Of a stretch of 64,000 nt of DNA, positions 54,005-63,359 are shown in pieces. Positions within the stretch are counted from its first letter, which is position 1. Each line of letters opens with the position of its first letter. A program made the translations under genes and the position numbers. This DNA is from a bacterium (GTDB taxonomy: Bacteria > Patescibacteriota > Minisyncoccia > Phycocordibacterales > UBA9973): positions 37,641 through 101,640 of the forward strand of contig JBAXSP010000001.1 of the NCBI GenBank assembly GCA_037130655.1, in the 5' to 3' direction. The notes beneath the pieces are model-generated. The model did not search any database and had not been told where the DNA came from. It was given only the letters and a program-made list of their open reading frames with translations.

Positions 54005-55492
54005 TTACTTCAATAACTCTTTCAATGTCTCAATTACCAATTGCGGATTTGCAGAACCATTTGATTCTTTGATCACCTTACCGACGAGTGCCATAATGGC
54101 GTTTTCTTTGCCACCTTTGTAAGTTGCTACAACATCAGGATTTTCGTCGAGAATTTTTTGCGCAAGTATTTTGAGTCCTTCGGTATCGTTACTTTGGAAG
54201 AGATTCTTTTCTTCAGCTATTTTCGCAGGGCTTTCATCGTTTACGACAATCATTGCAAGAATATCTTTTGCTGTACGAGAAGAGATTTTGTTTTCACTAA
54301 AGAGTATGACTAATTCTGCAAAGTGAGCAGTGGTTGGAAGTTTTGATTCAGGAATTGTTTTCTTGATGCCAACATAATCAGAAGTCAGAAAGTTTGATGC
54401 GGTTTGAATGTATCTTTTATCAGTAAGCAACGGAACAACTTGCTCGAAATAATCTCCGAGTTCTTTGTCATTGATATAACTTTCTGTGTCTTCGGCTTTG
54501 ATACCGAATTCGTTCAAAAAACGTGCACGTCGTCCAGACGGAAGTTCTGGTAATCCAGCTTTCAAGTTGTTCAAATCAAACAAACTATGTAAATAGAATT
54601 TTGGAATATCTGGTTCAGGGAAATAGCGATAGTCGTGAGCGTCTTCTTTTGCTCGCTGTGAGAAAGTTGATTGTTTGATTTCATCCCAGCCACGAGTTTC
54701 TTGCACGAGTTCGTCAGCTTTTCCTGCTTCAATCATTTCTTTCATTCGATTGAGTTCAAACAATACTGCGCGTTCAACACTGCGGAATGAGTTTAGATTC
54801 TTCACTTCAGTTTTGGTACCAAGTGCACCTTTGTATTTTGACAGATCAAGTCGTCCGACGATTGCTGGTACACCTTTTCCATCCAACTTACTTTTTTGGG
54901 CAAGAGAAATATTTGCTTCCACACGCATTTCACCTTTTTCCATATTTGCTTCACCAACACCGAGGTATTGCAGAAGTAGTTGCAATTCACGTCCGAAGTT
55001 CCCTGTCGCCTTAGACGCTCCTTCAAATGAATCAAACATATGCGCTTCGGTTACAAGCTCCATGAGTGGCACCCCTGCGCGATTGTAGTCAATCAAAGAA
55101 AAGTCTCCGCGGTCATGCTTTGAGTTGGCAGTGTCTTCTTCCAAGTGAATACGAGTAATATCAAAATCCGCCAAGTGTCCATTTGAAACGATTGGATATT
55201 TGTATTGTGTGATCTGATAGCCTTTTGGAATATCAGGATAGAAATAGTTTTTGCGATCGAATTCAGAAAAGTCTGCAATATCAGCACCTATTGCAAGGCC
55301 GACTTTGATGACATTTTCAATTGCCTTTTTGTTTGGTACTGGAAGTGTGCCCGGATGCGCCATACAGACCGGACAAATGTTCACATTCGGACGAGTTTCG
55401 TCTGCGTCGTTTTTGCACGAACAAAACATCTTCGAATTGGTTTTCAATTCTGCGTGTACTTCGATTCCGATGACTGGGTAATATTCGTTCAT
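54005..55492 (-). CDS. gatB: Asp-tRNA(Asn)/Glu-tRNA(Gln) amidotransferase subunit B
   Basis: N-terminal IGIEVHAEL...SCKNDADETRPNVN, and C-terminal GatB/YqeY domain; 495 aa. Confidence 0.95.
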   Translation of the reverse strand: MNEYYPVIGIEVHAELKTNSKMFCSCKNDADETRPNVNICPVCMAHPGTLPVPNKKAIENVIKVGLAIGADIADFSEFDRKNYFYPDIPKGYQITQYKYPIVSNGHLADFDITRIHLEEDTANSKHDRGDFSLIDYNRAGVPLMELVTEAHMFDSFEGASKATGNFGRELQLLLQYLGVGEANMEKGEMRVEANISLAQKSKLDGKGVPAIVGRLDLSKYKGALGTKTEVKNLNSFRSVERAVLFELNRMKEMIEAGKADELVQETRGWDEIKQSTFSQRAKEDAHDYRYFPEPDIPKFYLHSLFDLNNLKAGLPELPSGRRARFLNEFGIKAEDTESYINDKELGDYFEQVVPLLTDKRYIQTASNFLTSDYVGIKKTIPESKLPTTAHFAELVILFSENKISSRTAKDILAMIVVNDESPAKIAEEKNLFQSNDTEGLKILAQKILDENPDVVATYKGGKENAIMALVGKVIKESNGSANPQLVIETLKELLK

Positions 55493-55574
55493 AATTTATA
55501 GAGAAATTATAGCAAAGAAAATGGTTTTTGGCTTTGTTTGACAAATAATTATAATACTATATAATATATACAGT

Positions 55575-55626
55575 GTTTAATTGGTTATTTTTATTCCTTT
55601 ATGGGACTAAAAATAACCAATTAAAC
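55575..55626. promoter_or_regulatory. perfect 19-bp inverted repeat with 14-nt spacer (GTTTAATTGGTTATTTTTA ...N14... TAAAAATAACCAATTAAAC)
   Basis: Exact reverse complementarity of 55575-55593 and 55608-55626, about 12 nt upstream of the start of 55638..55958. Confidence 0.6.
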
Positions 55627-55637
55627 TAAAGTACATT

Positions 55638-55958
55638 ATGCATTTATTAGAAATTTTAAAAACGAACGGAACAGGTCTATTACAAGGACTCTGCCGTCCA
55701 AAAGAATATGATTCTTTTCCAGAAATTCCCAAATTGTTAACAGGAAATCAAAATACTGACCCTGCAAATATACAATTTTCCCTTAATGAGAAATACTTAG
55801 GAGAGTGTGAAGTTAAATTTACAGCACTCCATAGTGATGATTTAGGTGCTGTAGCAATATCTACAGATGAAAAAATTTCTTTTGATTTTACATGGGAAAA
55901 CGATTGTAGTGATCATTGTTACTTTAAAGCAACACTGTCTCAATCAAATAGAAATTAA
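55638..55958 (+). CDS. hypothetical protein
   Basis: 106-aa ORF followed by a terminator at 55974-56004. Confidence 0.45.
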   Translation: MHLLEILKTNGTGLLQGLCRPKEYDSFPEIPKLLTGNQNTDPANIQFSLNEKYLGECEVKFTALHSDDLGAVAISTDEKISFDFTWENDCSDHCYFKATLSQSNRN

Positions 55959-55973
55959 TATAATCCCATATTT

Positions 55974-56004
55974 AAAAGCCCGCCGAATGCGACGGGCTTT
56001 TTTT
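55974..56004. terminator. bidirectional terminator (AAAAGCCCGCCGAATGCGACGGGCTTTTTTT)
   Basis: Hairpin with an A-run and a T-run between convergent genes. Confidence 0.7.
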
Positions 56005-56006
56005 AT

Positions 56007-56981
56007 TTATCCATTTTTTCTTAAAACACCGATCAGTTCGTCAGAGAATTTTTTGACTGATTCGTCATCAAAGAGTGACACAACAAATACTGGTTTGCCG
56101 AGCTTTGAAAATTCTTTTTCAGTACTCTTGATTGTCGCTTCATCGGTCACGTCAGTTTTTGTTAGAAGAATTATTTCATCTTTTGCATCAAGTCCGTTTG
56201 CGTATTGTTCCAATTCTTTACGAATCTGTTTGTATGTTTCCATCATATGTTCGTTTTCGAAAGAAACAAGGTGTACCAACATTTTTGTGCGTTTGATATG
56301 GCGGAGGAATTTTGTTCCAAGTCCTTTCCCTTCTGAAGCACCTTCAATCAATCCTGGAATATCTGCAAGAATGTATCCATAGAAATCTCCCAAGTTCGGA
56401 TCAAGTGTCGTAAATTGGTATGAACCAATTTTTGCTTTGGCATTAGTTAGTGCATTCAAAAGAGATGATTTGCCAGCATTTGGTAATCCAACAAAACCAA
56501 CATCAGCAAAAAGTTCAAGTTCAATATGAAAATCTGCTTCGTCACCTTCTCGTCCAGGAGTTGCACGTTCGGGAGTAGTGTTGGTTGATGATTTGAAATG
56601 TTCATTTCCGAGTCCGCCTTGCCCACCACGAAGCACGATAACTTTTTCATTTTCTTTGAGTACGGTAAAAGAGAAACTGGTTGTCTTGTTGGTCACAATA
56701 GAACCGACTGGCACATCGATAATGCAGTCTGCCCCATCAGAACCATGTTTACTACCACCCATTCCAGCTTCACCGTTTTCTGCTTCAAAACTACGCTTGG
56801 CTTTGTAACGAGCGAGAATGCTAACATCGCGAATACCGCGAATATAGACATCACCTCCACGTCCACCATCACCACCGTTTGGTCCACCTTTGTCGATGTA
56901 TTTTTCTTGACGCCAACGAACAACACCGTTTCCTCCGGTTCCCGCTTTGGCACTAATTGTTACTTCGTCGATCAATTGCAT
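56007..56981 (-). CDS. obg: GTPase Obg/CgtA
   Basis: Obg fold N-domain (Gly-rich GGDGG repeats), G1 GLPNAGKSSLL, and G3 DIPGLIEGAS. Confidence 0.95.
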   Translation of the reverse strand: MQLIDEVTISAKAGTGGNGVVRWRQEKYIDKGGPNGGDGGRGGDVYIRGIRDVSILARYKAKRSFEAENGEAGMGGSKHGSDGADCIIDVPVGSIVTNKTTSFSFTVLKENEKVIVLRGGQGGLGNEHFKSSTNTTPERATPGREGDEADFHIELELFADVGFVGLPNAGKSSLLNALTNAKAKIGSYQFTTLDPNLGDFYGYILADIPGLIEGASEGKGLGTKFLRHIKRTKMLVHLVSFENEHMMETYKQIRKELEQYANGLDAKDEIILLTKTDVTDEATIKSTEKEFSKLGKPVFVVSLFDDESVKKFSDELIGVLRKNG

Positions 56982-57031
56982 AGTTTAAAGTCGTTAGTCT
57001 ATTAGTCACTTAGTCGTTAGAATGTGAAAAT

Positions 57032-57388
57032 CTATTTGCTTGTGTTTTTTATTAATACTCTAAGTATCTTAAGGATTTCAGTAAGAAGATTTTCAACATT
57101 TTCATACTTTTCTATATTACCATATTTTAATCTTTTTGCAATAGTAAGATGTGTTTCAATTTCTGCACCTGAAGCGAATGCGATTAATAAAAATCGTTTA
57201 AACTCAACTTCTCCTCCTCTCATCCTACCTTCTGCAATGTTTGCAGAAATAGAAACAGCAGCTCTTCTTGTCTGAGAAATCAATCCATATCTTTCATCTT
57301 CTGGAAAATCTTTGAGGAGCTCATAGACAGCAATAACAAGGTCTATACTTTTTTGCCAAACAATGAGATTCTTATAATTTTCATTCAT
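57032..57388 (-). CDS. four-helix-bundle protein (23S rRNA IVS protein / Avd-like family), paralog 2
   Basis: NLIVWQKSIDLV...RRAAVSISANIAEGRMRGGEVEFKRFLLIAFASGAEIETHL. Flanked by inverted heptamer arms at 56984-57024 and 57399-57432. Confidence 0.8.
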   Translation of the reverse strand: MNENYKNLIVWQKSIDLVIAVYELLKDFPEDERYGLISQTRRAAVSISANIAEGRMRGGEVEFKRFLLIAFASGAEIETHLTIAKRLKYGNIEKYENVENLLTEILKILRVLIKNTSK

Positions 57389-57420
57389 ATGTTTTTCTAT
57401 ATGACTAAGCGACTAACAGA

Positions 57421-58329
57421 CTAATTGACTCCTATAAGTGCCTTAGTTGCTATCTGCATCGCACTTTCTTTTGTTTTGGTCACACATAAAAATCTGCAGT
57501 TGTGACAGAAAACAACATCAGAAACACCTGTCGTTTGTTCGAGTTCTTTTTCTTTCAAACCTGCCCAACTTTCAGGAAACTTTTTACGCGGAGTAAATTC
57601 ATTATTTGAATCCTTAATAGTCTCTACTCGCCACCCTCCTCCTGTACCACTTCTCGGAAGCACCACAAACAACACTTCTGGTTTTTCAAGAAGCACTGAA
57701 TTCAAATCATATCGCGAGACATATTCATCGAGTACCAAGATGCTTTTTTCTGGACTTGATTCAAACACAGACAAAATCATTTGTTTTTTTGTAATAAAAC
57801 TGGTGGCTTTGCGAATTTCACCAGAGAGAATTTCTTGTGCGAGCGAAACTGCATTCATAAATGCTTTATATTTCTCTTTGTCTGTGGCAGTATCCAATGC
57901 TTCAATACTAGAGAGCACATCATTGATTGTGTATGGGAAAATACTTGCTTCTTTGATACAACTCATTCCATTGTCGATTGCATCGATCGGAAAAACGAGT
58001 CGCTGTTCAATCATACTTGCAACCTCTTCGTTTCCATTACACACAGATACTCCGTACTCTTTCCATACCAGACCAAACGATGCATACGGAATCGTATTTG
58101 TTCGAACACCTGCACCGCCAATTTGATGATGATCAAAACGGTTAATAGAAGCATCATACACACCACCGACATCAATTACGAAATCTGCTTTGTCTATTTC
58201 TTTTTGATCACGCGTACGAATGACACGAATAGCACCTTTCAAAAAAAGTGAAAGTGTGGCGCAAGCAAAAACATCATCTGCGTGATAACTACCATTGTGC
58301 ACCGCGATTGTTTTTTTCAGAAACCACAT
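57421..58329 (-). CDS. MYG1/UPF0160-family metal-dependent hydrolase
   Basis: N-terminal HNGSYHADDVFA, and conserved His cluster RFDHHQ; 302 aa. Confidence 0.7.
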   Translation of the reverse strand: MWFLKKTIAVHNGSYHADDVFACATLSLFLKGAIRVIRTRDQKEIDKADFVIDVGGVYDASINRFDHHQIGGAGVRTNTIPYASFGLVWKEYGVSVCNGNEEVASMIEQRLVFPIDAIDNGMSCIKEASIFPYTINDVLSSIEALDTATDKEKYKAFMNAVSLAQEILSGEIRKATSFITKKQMILSVFESSPEKSILVLDEYVSRYDLNSVLLEKPEVLFVVLPRSGTGGGWRVETIKDSNNEFTPRKKFPESWAGLKEKELEQTTGVSDVVFCHNCRFLCVTKTKESAMQIATKALIGVN

Positions 58330-58386
58330 AATTTATTATACGTATCATAACATAAAAAATACGGAACCTCTCGGGTCCGTATTTTG

Positions 58387-58992
58387 TTACTCATTATTTC
58401 TCCATTCTGCAATTGCTTTTGCCAAAGAAATGAGTAATCTTTGGACAATGATAAACAAGACGATGAAGAGTAGTACAAAAATAATAATTTTCCTGAAGTC
58501 ATGACTGATATTCATTGCTGTGTAGGAGAAAAAATACCCAATTCCAAACAATCCAAAAGCCCAAACAAATAATGAAGAGAAATCAGCTTTCAGTACTTTT
58601 TTGAATGGAATTTTTGAATAGCCTGAAAAAATAAGGGTGAACATATGCAGTCCGAGTGTAAAAAATCGTGCTGCAAAAATAGACCAAAATGGCTTCCTTT
58701 CAAATCGCGGGAGAAAATAATCGATTCGCTTTTTGATCACCATAAAAAATCGATGCGCACCAAACTTACGCACCAGAAGAGACCCAATACCATATCCCAA
58801 AAAGAGTTTTGCAATTCCACCTAAAATAATGACAGCGAGTGTTACCGGAACTGAAATCGCACCCAAATGAGAAAGTGCGCCGGCAACAAGCACGATCACA
58901 TCACCCTCTATAATGATACCGAGAACAATAACCGCGTAAGTAAAAAATTGGTGCGAACCAACAAGTGAAGTAAATTCGAACAAATGATGCAT
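58387..58992 (-). CDS. DedA-family membrane protein
   Basis: DedA/SNARE-associated pattern (F...LGIIIEGDVIVLVAG...G..K with multiple TMs). Start chosen at the internal Met to abut the upstream gene. Confidence 0.55.
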   Translation of the reverse strand: MHHLFEFTSLVGSHQFFTYAVIVLGIIIEGDVIVLVAGALSHLGAISVPVTLAVIILGGIAKLFLGYGIGSLLVRKFGAHRFFMVIKKRIDYFLPRFERKPFWSIFAARFFTLGLHMFTLIFSGYSKIPFKKVLKADFSSLFVWAFGLFGIGYFFSYTAMNISHDFRKIIIFVLLFIVLFIIVQRLLISLAKAIAEWRNNE

Positions 58993-58993
58993 A

Positions 58994-59338
58994 TTATTCA
59001 CTATCACCAAAAATCTTTCCACCCAACCAGTTCACCACAGAGACAACGAGCGCACCCAAAATCGCAGCAGTGAATGTTGCAACAACAAACCCTGGAATGT
59101 ATTTTGAAAGCAACCAAAAGATTGCACCATTAATGACAATACCAAAAAGTCCGAGTGTGAGTAAATTGATTGGCAATGTCAGTAGATTGATAATTGGTTT
59201 GATTACGGTATTGATAACAAACAAACATGCACCAACAATGAACGCAACCCAAAATGGATTAACGGTGACACCTTTGATGATGTATGGGGTTACAAAAACC
59301 GCGATTGATAATAGAAGAAAGTGTTTTAAGATACGCAT
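58994..59338 (-). CDS. DUF360 / phage-holin-4-like family membrane protein
   Basis: 114 aa with four TMs. VINTVIKPIINLLTLPINLLTLGLFGIVINGAIFWL matches the DUF360 pattern. Confidence 0.6.
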   Translation of the reverse strand: MRILKHFLLLSIAVFVTPYIIKGVTVNPFWVAFIVGACLFVINTVIKPIINLLTLPINLLTLGLFGIVINGAIFWLLSKYIPGFVVATFTAAILGALVVSVVNWLGGKIFGDSE

Positions 59339-59510
59339 AGCTAAAAAATTATACGAATAATGAATCGATGACTACTCTTATTATACATAAATATAATATT
59401 AATGCTTAAAATTTGAATGAAATTCAATGAAAAAATAAGTAATTTTGCGAGGCGTATATGACATACGGCGAACAAAAGACGAAATTTTTGAAGCAGAAGT
59501 TCGTCAAATT

Positions 59511-59966
59511 TTAAGCATTAAACAAACCGTCTATCACCTCCTTAACGGTACTGCCGTCTGCTTTACCTTTGAGCTCTACCATAACTTCTTTCATCAACAA
59601 TCCTTTTTTAGTTGGATCAATCTCGCCCAGCTTTGTCATAATAGCTTTGACCTGTTGTTCAACTTCTTCTTTACTCATCATTGTTGGTAAAAATACTTCG
59701 AGCACTTTCAATTGTGCTTCTTCTTCAACAACCAAATCCATTCGTCCTCCTTTGGTAAATTGTTCGATGGAATCTTTGCGTTGTTTTGCAAGACGAGTAA
59801 TTACTTTCAAACACTCTTCATCTGATAACTCTTCTTGTGGTTTTCTACCAGTTGCTACAAGTTCATTAGTAAAAGCAGATGACAACCCACGCATTACATC
59901 AAGACGGACTTGATCTTTTGCTTTCATTGCCTCCTTTATGTTGTTTTTTATATCTTCAAAAATCAT
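59511..59966 (-). CDS. yqeY: GatB/YqeY-domain protein
   Basis: YqeY motifs (IKEAMKAKD..RLDVMRGL, KQRKDSIEQF.KGGRMDLV.EE, GKADG..VKEVI); about 150 aa from the internal Met. Confidence 0.75.
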   Translation of the reverse strand: MIFEDIKNNIKEAMKAKDQVRLDVMRGLSSAFTNELVATGRKPQEELSDEECLKVITRLAKQRKDSIEQFTKGGRMDLVVEEEAQLKVLEVFLPTMMSKEEVEQQVKAIMTKLGEIDPTKKGLLMKEVMVELKGKADGSTVKEVIDGLFNA

Positions 59967-60006
59967 ATAGAAAAGTATATCAGAATATAGATAAACAGAG
60001 TATAGA

Positions 60007-60363
60007 CTAGCGATTTCGCTCAATTAATTTATTTAACATTCTCATTATTTCTGATAATTTTTCATATAGTTCGATTTCCTCTTTTTTAGAAACATATTTT
60101 AATCTTTCAGCTATTTTTATTTGAGTATCTAGTTCAGCCAAAGACCCTAGTGACATAGTTAAAAAATGAGCGAAATCTTTTTGAGTATTACGACGACTTC
60201 CTTCAGCAATATTTGAAGGTACTGAAATTACAGCTCTTCGTATTTGAGATGTAAGTGCATAATCTTCATTCTTAGGAAATTTTTTAGTAATCTCGTAAAC
60301 AAATATGACAAAATCCATACTCTTTTGCCAAACAACCAATTTTTCATAATCATGCATCTGCAT
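60007..60363 (-). CDS. four-helix-bundle protein (23S rRNA IVS protein / Avd-like family), paralog 3
   Basis: KLVVWQKSMDFV...RRAVISVPSNIAEGSRRNTQKDFAHFLTMSLGSLAELDTQI. Flanked by TATAC-type inverted arms at 59975-60011 and 60381-60412. Confidence 0.8.
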   Translation of the reverse strand: MQMHDYEKLVVWQKSMDFVIFVYEITKKFPKNEDYALTSQIRRAVISVPSNIAEGSRRNTQKDFAHFLTMSLGSLAELDTQIKIAERLKYVSKKEEIELYEKLSEIMRMLNKLIERNR

Positions 60364-60422
60364 ATATACATATTGTATCCTCTATATTCTAAAATACTAT
60401 ACTCTGATATACTTTGTTTTAT

Positions 60423-61136
60423 ATGAATCTTATCTTTTTGGACACCGAAACAACCGGCATCGGACCCGATGATTATCTCTGCCAATTGGCATATAAGCAT
60501 AATGACGAAGTTTTTTGCGAACTCTACAATCCTGGCAAGAAAATTCCTCCAGAAGCAAGTGCGGTGACACACATTTCAAATAAAATGATCGAGGGAAAAC
60601 CCTCTTTTCGAGAAAGTGCCGACTATCAAAGAATAAAAAGTTTGCTTGAAAATCCTGAGAATATTTTTGTTGCTCACAATGCAAAATTTGATCTGATGAT
60701 GATCAACAAAGAAGATATCATTCCCGCAAATGTGATCTGTACATTGCGTGTTGCTCGATATCTTGATCCGGAACACAAAATTCCACAGCACAAATTGCAA
60801 TTCTTGCGATATTATTTGGAAATTGAAATCGAAGCACAAGCCCACGACGCACTCGGTGACGTACTAGTACTCGAACAACTTTTCCCTCGTTTGTATAAAA
60901 AAATCGCCGAAGAAGTTGGCGAAGAAAAAGCGTTGGAAAAAATGATTGAGGTCTCATCGCGACCATCAATGATGTATTCATTCTCTTTTGGTAAGCATCT
61001 TGGCAGAACAGTAGCTGAAGTTGCACAGATTGATCGTGGTTATTTGGAATGGCTGCTCGCTTCAAAAGAAAAAGATGCACCAGACGATGAAGACTGGATT
61101 TACACCCTGCGTCACCATTTAGGAAAATTAGTATAA
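60423..61136 (+). CDS. DnaQ-like 3'-5' exonuclease (DEDDh) with C-terminal DUF3820/ExoX-C-like domain
   Basis: Exo I FLDTETTG, Exo II HNAKFDL and Exo III HDALGD motifs. C-terminal FSFGKHLGRTVAEVAQIDRGYLEWL. Confidence 0.8.
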   Translation: MNLIFLDTETTGIGPDDYLCQLAYKHNDEVFCELYNPGKKIPPEASAVTHISNKMIEGKPSFRESADYQRIKSLLENPENIFVAHNAKFDLMMINKEDIIPANVICTLRVARYLDPEHKIPQHKLQFLRYYLEIEIEAQAHDALGDVLVLEQLFPRLYKKIAEEVGEEKALEKMIEVSSRPSMMYSFSFGKHLGRTVAEVAQIDRGYLEWLLASKEKDAPDDEDWIYTLRHHLGKLV

Positions 61137-61142
61137 AAAAAT

Positions 61143-61169
61143 AAAAATCCTGTTTTCACAGGATTTTTT
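61143..61169. terminator. bidirectional terminator (AAAAATCCTGTTTTCACAGGATTTTTT)
   Basis: Hairpin with an A-run and a T-run between convergent genes. Confidence 0.7.
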
Positions 61170-61175
61170 GGGAAT

Positions 61176-61772
61176 TTACTCTTCCCATAGAATGTTGTTT
61201 TCTTCTTCGCGAATATAGGCATTGCCTAGTTTTTTCTTTTGTTTCAGTGGAAGATTTTCTTTAACGGTAATAATATTACCTGGACTTTTTATAACCAAAA
61301 GGTTCTTTAAATCCATATTGATAATTTTATTAAATACACGCTTGGCTTTTGCCATCCTTTCTTCATCCTCTTTCTTTTGACTCTCCTCGCCTTTTGGATA
61401 TGTTTTCAATACACGAAGATTAAAATCAACAGCATACCAACTAATCCTTGTTTTAGTATAATCTGCAAACAGTGAATCTGTAAATAAAATTTTTGCAGTA
61501 TATGAATGACAAGGGACCTTAATTTCAACCTCTTCTTCATTATCATACTCAACAGAAAAATCATTATTATTTTCAACCGGAATAGTGACTTCCATCGCCC
61601 TCGGTACAAACACATAATCCTGTGGAGACTCACGTTTTACCACTGGTTTCTTTTCTATTTGAGAAGAATCCACTGTTGTTTGATTTTCAGGTTCCTTGTT
61701 TTCTGAATTACAAGAAAAAAGGGATATTGTCAGCACTGATGCTAGTACCAATAAGAATAGTATATTTTTCAT
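61176..61772 (-). CDS. hypothetical lipoprotein
   Basis: Signal peptide with a lipobox (LTISLFSC); 198 aa. Confidence 0.55.
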   Translation of the reverse strand: MKNILFLLVLASVLTISLFSCNSENKEPENQTTVDSSQIEKKPVVKRESPQDYVFVPRAMEVTIPVENNNDFSVEYDNEEEVEIKVPCHSYTAKILFTDSLFADYTKTRISWYAVDFNLRVLKTYPKGEESQKKEDEERMAKAKRVFNKIINMDLKNLLVIKSPGNIITVKENLPLKQKKKLGNAYIREEENNILWEE

Positions 61773-61862
61773 TTTTAATAACTTTTTACCGGTATCAATT
61801 TATCATATAAAACTTGTTTTGTCAACAAAAAAATCCCCCGCCATCATGGCAAGGGATACTAC

Positions 61863-62381
61863 TTAGTTTTCAGGGAGAATTTCTAAGAAAAGATATTCGT
61901 CGTTGTATTGTTGTTCAAAATTTGATTTGTACACAGTACCGATGGAATCACCTTCTTCAAAAATTACAATTGGAATGGTTAGATTTTCATAACCATCCTC
62001 CTCCAACATTGAAATCTCGTTCAACAAAACAATCTTTTGATTTTTAGGAAAAAGAACAATATTCAGATCTTCTAGTTGCCTGAATTCATCAATCGAAAAA
62101 AATAGTGAGTTTCTCCGCTTTGAAAAAACAAGTGCATCATTAGCAGGAATAAAATGTTCTTTTTTAATTTTCAAAAAATTACATTGATATGATTTACCGG
62201 GTATCAATTTGGGTTTTAATTGAGGAAAAATTGAATCTAATTTAATAAAAAGACCCAAAGATCTTCCTATGATACCAATTTGATTTCCTGGTATTTCAAT
62301 TTTTTGACTCAAAAACACTTCAAATCCTGAATGAATCAAGTCAACTGACTCAGGTATAAAAGATTTATCTTCTTTTATCAT
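61863..62381 (-). CDS. hypothetical protein (weak dUTPase/dCTP-deaminase-like hint only)
   Basis: 172-aa ORF. IGIIGRSLGL loosely resembles the dUTPase RS(G/S)L motif. Not confidently assignable. Confidence 0.4.
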   Translation of the reverse strand: MIKEDKSFIPESVDLIHSGFEVFLSQKIEIPGNQIGIIGRSLGLFIKLDSIFPQLKPKLIPGKSYQCNFLKIKKEHFIPANDALVFSKRRNSLFFSIDEFRQLEDLNIVLFPKNQKIVLLNEISMLEEDGYENLTIPIVIFEEGDSIGTVYKSNFEQQYNDEYLFLEILPEN

Positions 62382-62450
62382 TTTTTATATACAATAATTA
62401 TCCGATATATTTATAAACTAAATATATGAATTTGTCAATAAATTAGATAT

Positions 62451-63317
62451 TTATTTCAGGTAGGTATTTACAACTGTGTTGATTTGCTCTTCAGTAAACG
62501 TCGTTGCATTCTTATCAATCGGCAGATTTTTCCATGGAGATTTTACTTTGTAATCATATTCACCAAAAATAATTACCGGCGTGCCGTTTTTGGCTACAGA
62601 TTGTTTGTCAGACGAAAGCACCCATTGATCAGCCCAATTGTAAAAGAAGAGTGCATCTTCTTCACGCAAACGTACGCACGAATGACTGGCCGCATAACCC
62701 GGAAGTTCGTATTGGTGCATCGAAATTCCTTCGAGGTTTTGAAGGTTGAAATACCATGGCATTATCCATGTTGGATCAACAGTACTCGTAACTGACTTCC
62801 CTTTCCAATTCGTATGATACAACGCTGGCGGTGTCGGAGTAGATTTCTTGCCAGTACTAACTGGACCCCATCGAACAAGTACGCCGTTTTCATATACACC
62901 AAATGCTTGAATTTTTTGTGAGACTAAAATAATTTTTGGCACTACTTGCAGTGATTCCATCTTTTTTGGAAATGGTGAATACTCCATCCAATCAGTAAAA
63001 CTATCCGGAACAGTGATTGTCATTCCTTTGCGGATGAATTTTTTATCAATGCGATTGAGTCCGAGTACAGTGATGAGATTTTCTTTGCCGACAACTGCAG
63101 TCAGTTCAGCCAGCGGTTTATCAGTCGCCAAAACAAGCGAATGATAGGTGATATCTTTTGGGATTTCTGGAACAACAATCGGTGCAGGAGTTTCAACTAC
63201 TGATGAATTTGATTTTATCGTAGTTGGAGTATTTTTATAAAAAACAAAAAATCCACCGACAACAAGTGCGATGGCAGTAATTATTAAAATAGATTTCAAA
63301 TGTGATTTCATTTTCAC
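62451..63317 (-). CDS. L,D-transpeptidase (YkuD domain) with N-terminal membrane anchor
   Basis: Catalytic motif HQYELPGYAASHSCVRL (His...Ser-His-x-Cys-V-R-L). Confidence 0.8.
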   Translation of the reverse strand: MKMKSHLKSILIITAIALVVGGFFVFYKNTPTTIKSNSSVVETPAPIVVPEIPKDITYHSLVLATDKPLAELTAVVGKENLITVLGLNRIDKKFIRKGMTITVPDSFTDWMEYSPFPKKMESLQVVPKIILVSQKIQAFGVYENGVLVRWGPVSTGKKSTPTPPALYHTNWKGKSVTSTVDPTWIMPWYFNLQNLEGISMHQYELPGYAASHSCVRLREEDALFFYNWADQWVLSSDKQSVAKNGTPVIIFGEYDYKVKSPWKNLPIDKNATTFTEEQINTVVNTYLK

Positions 63318-63359
63318 TTACTATAATGGAATAGAAAAATAAAGACAAGAAAAAGCGGT

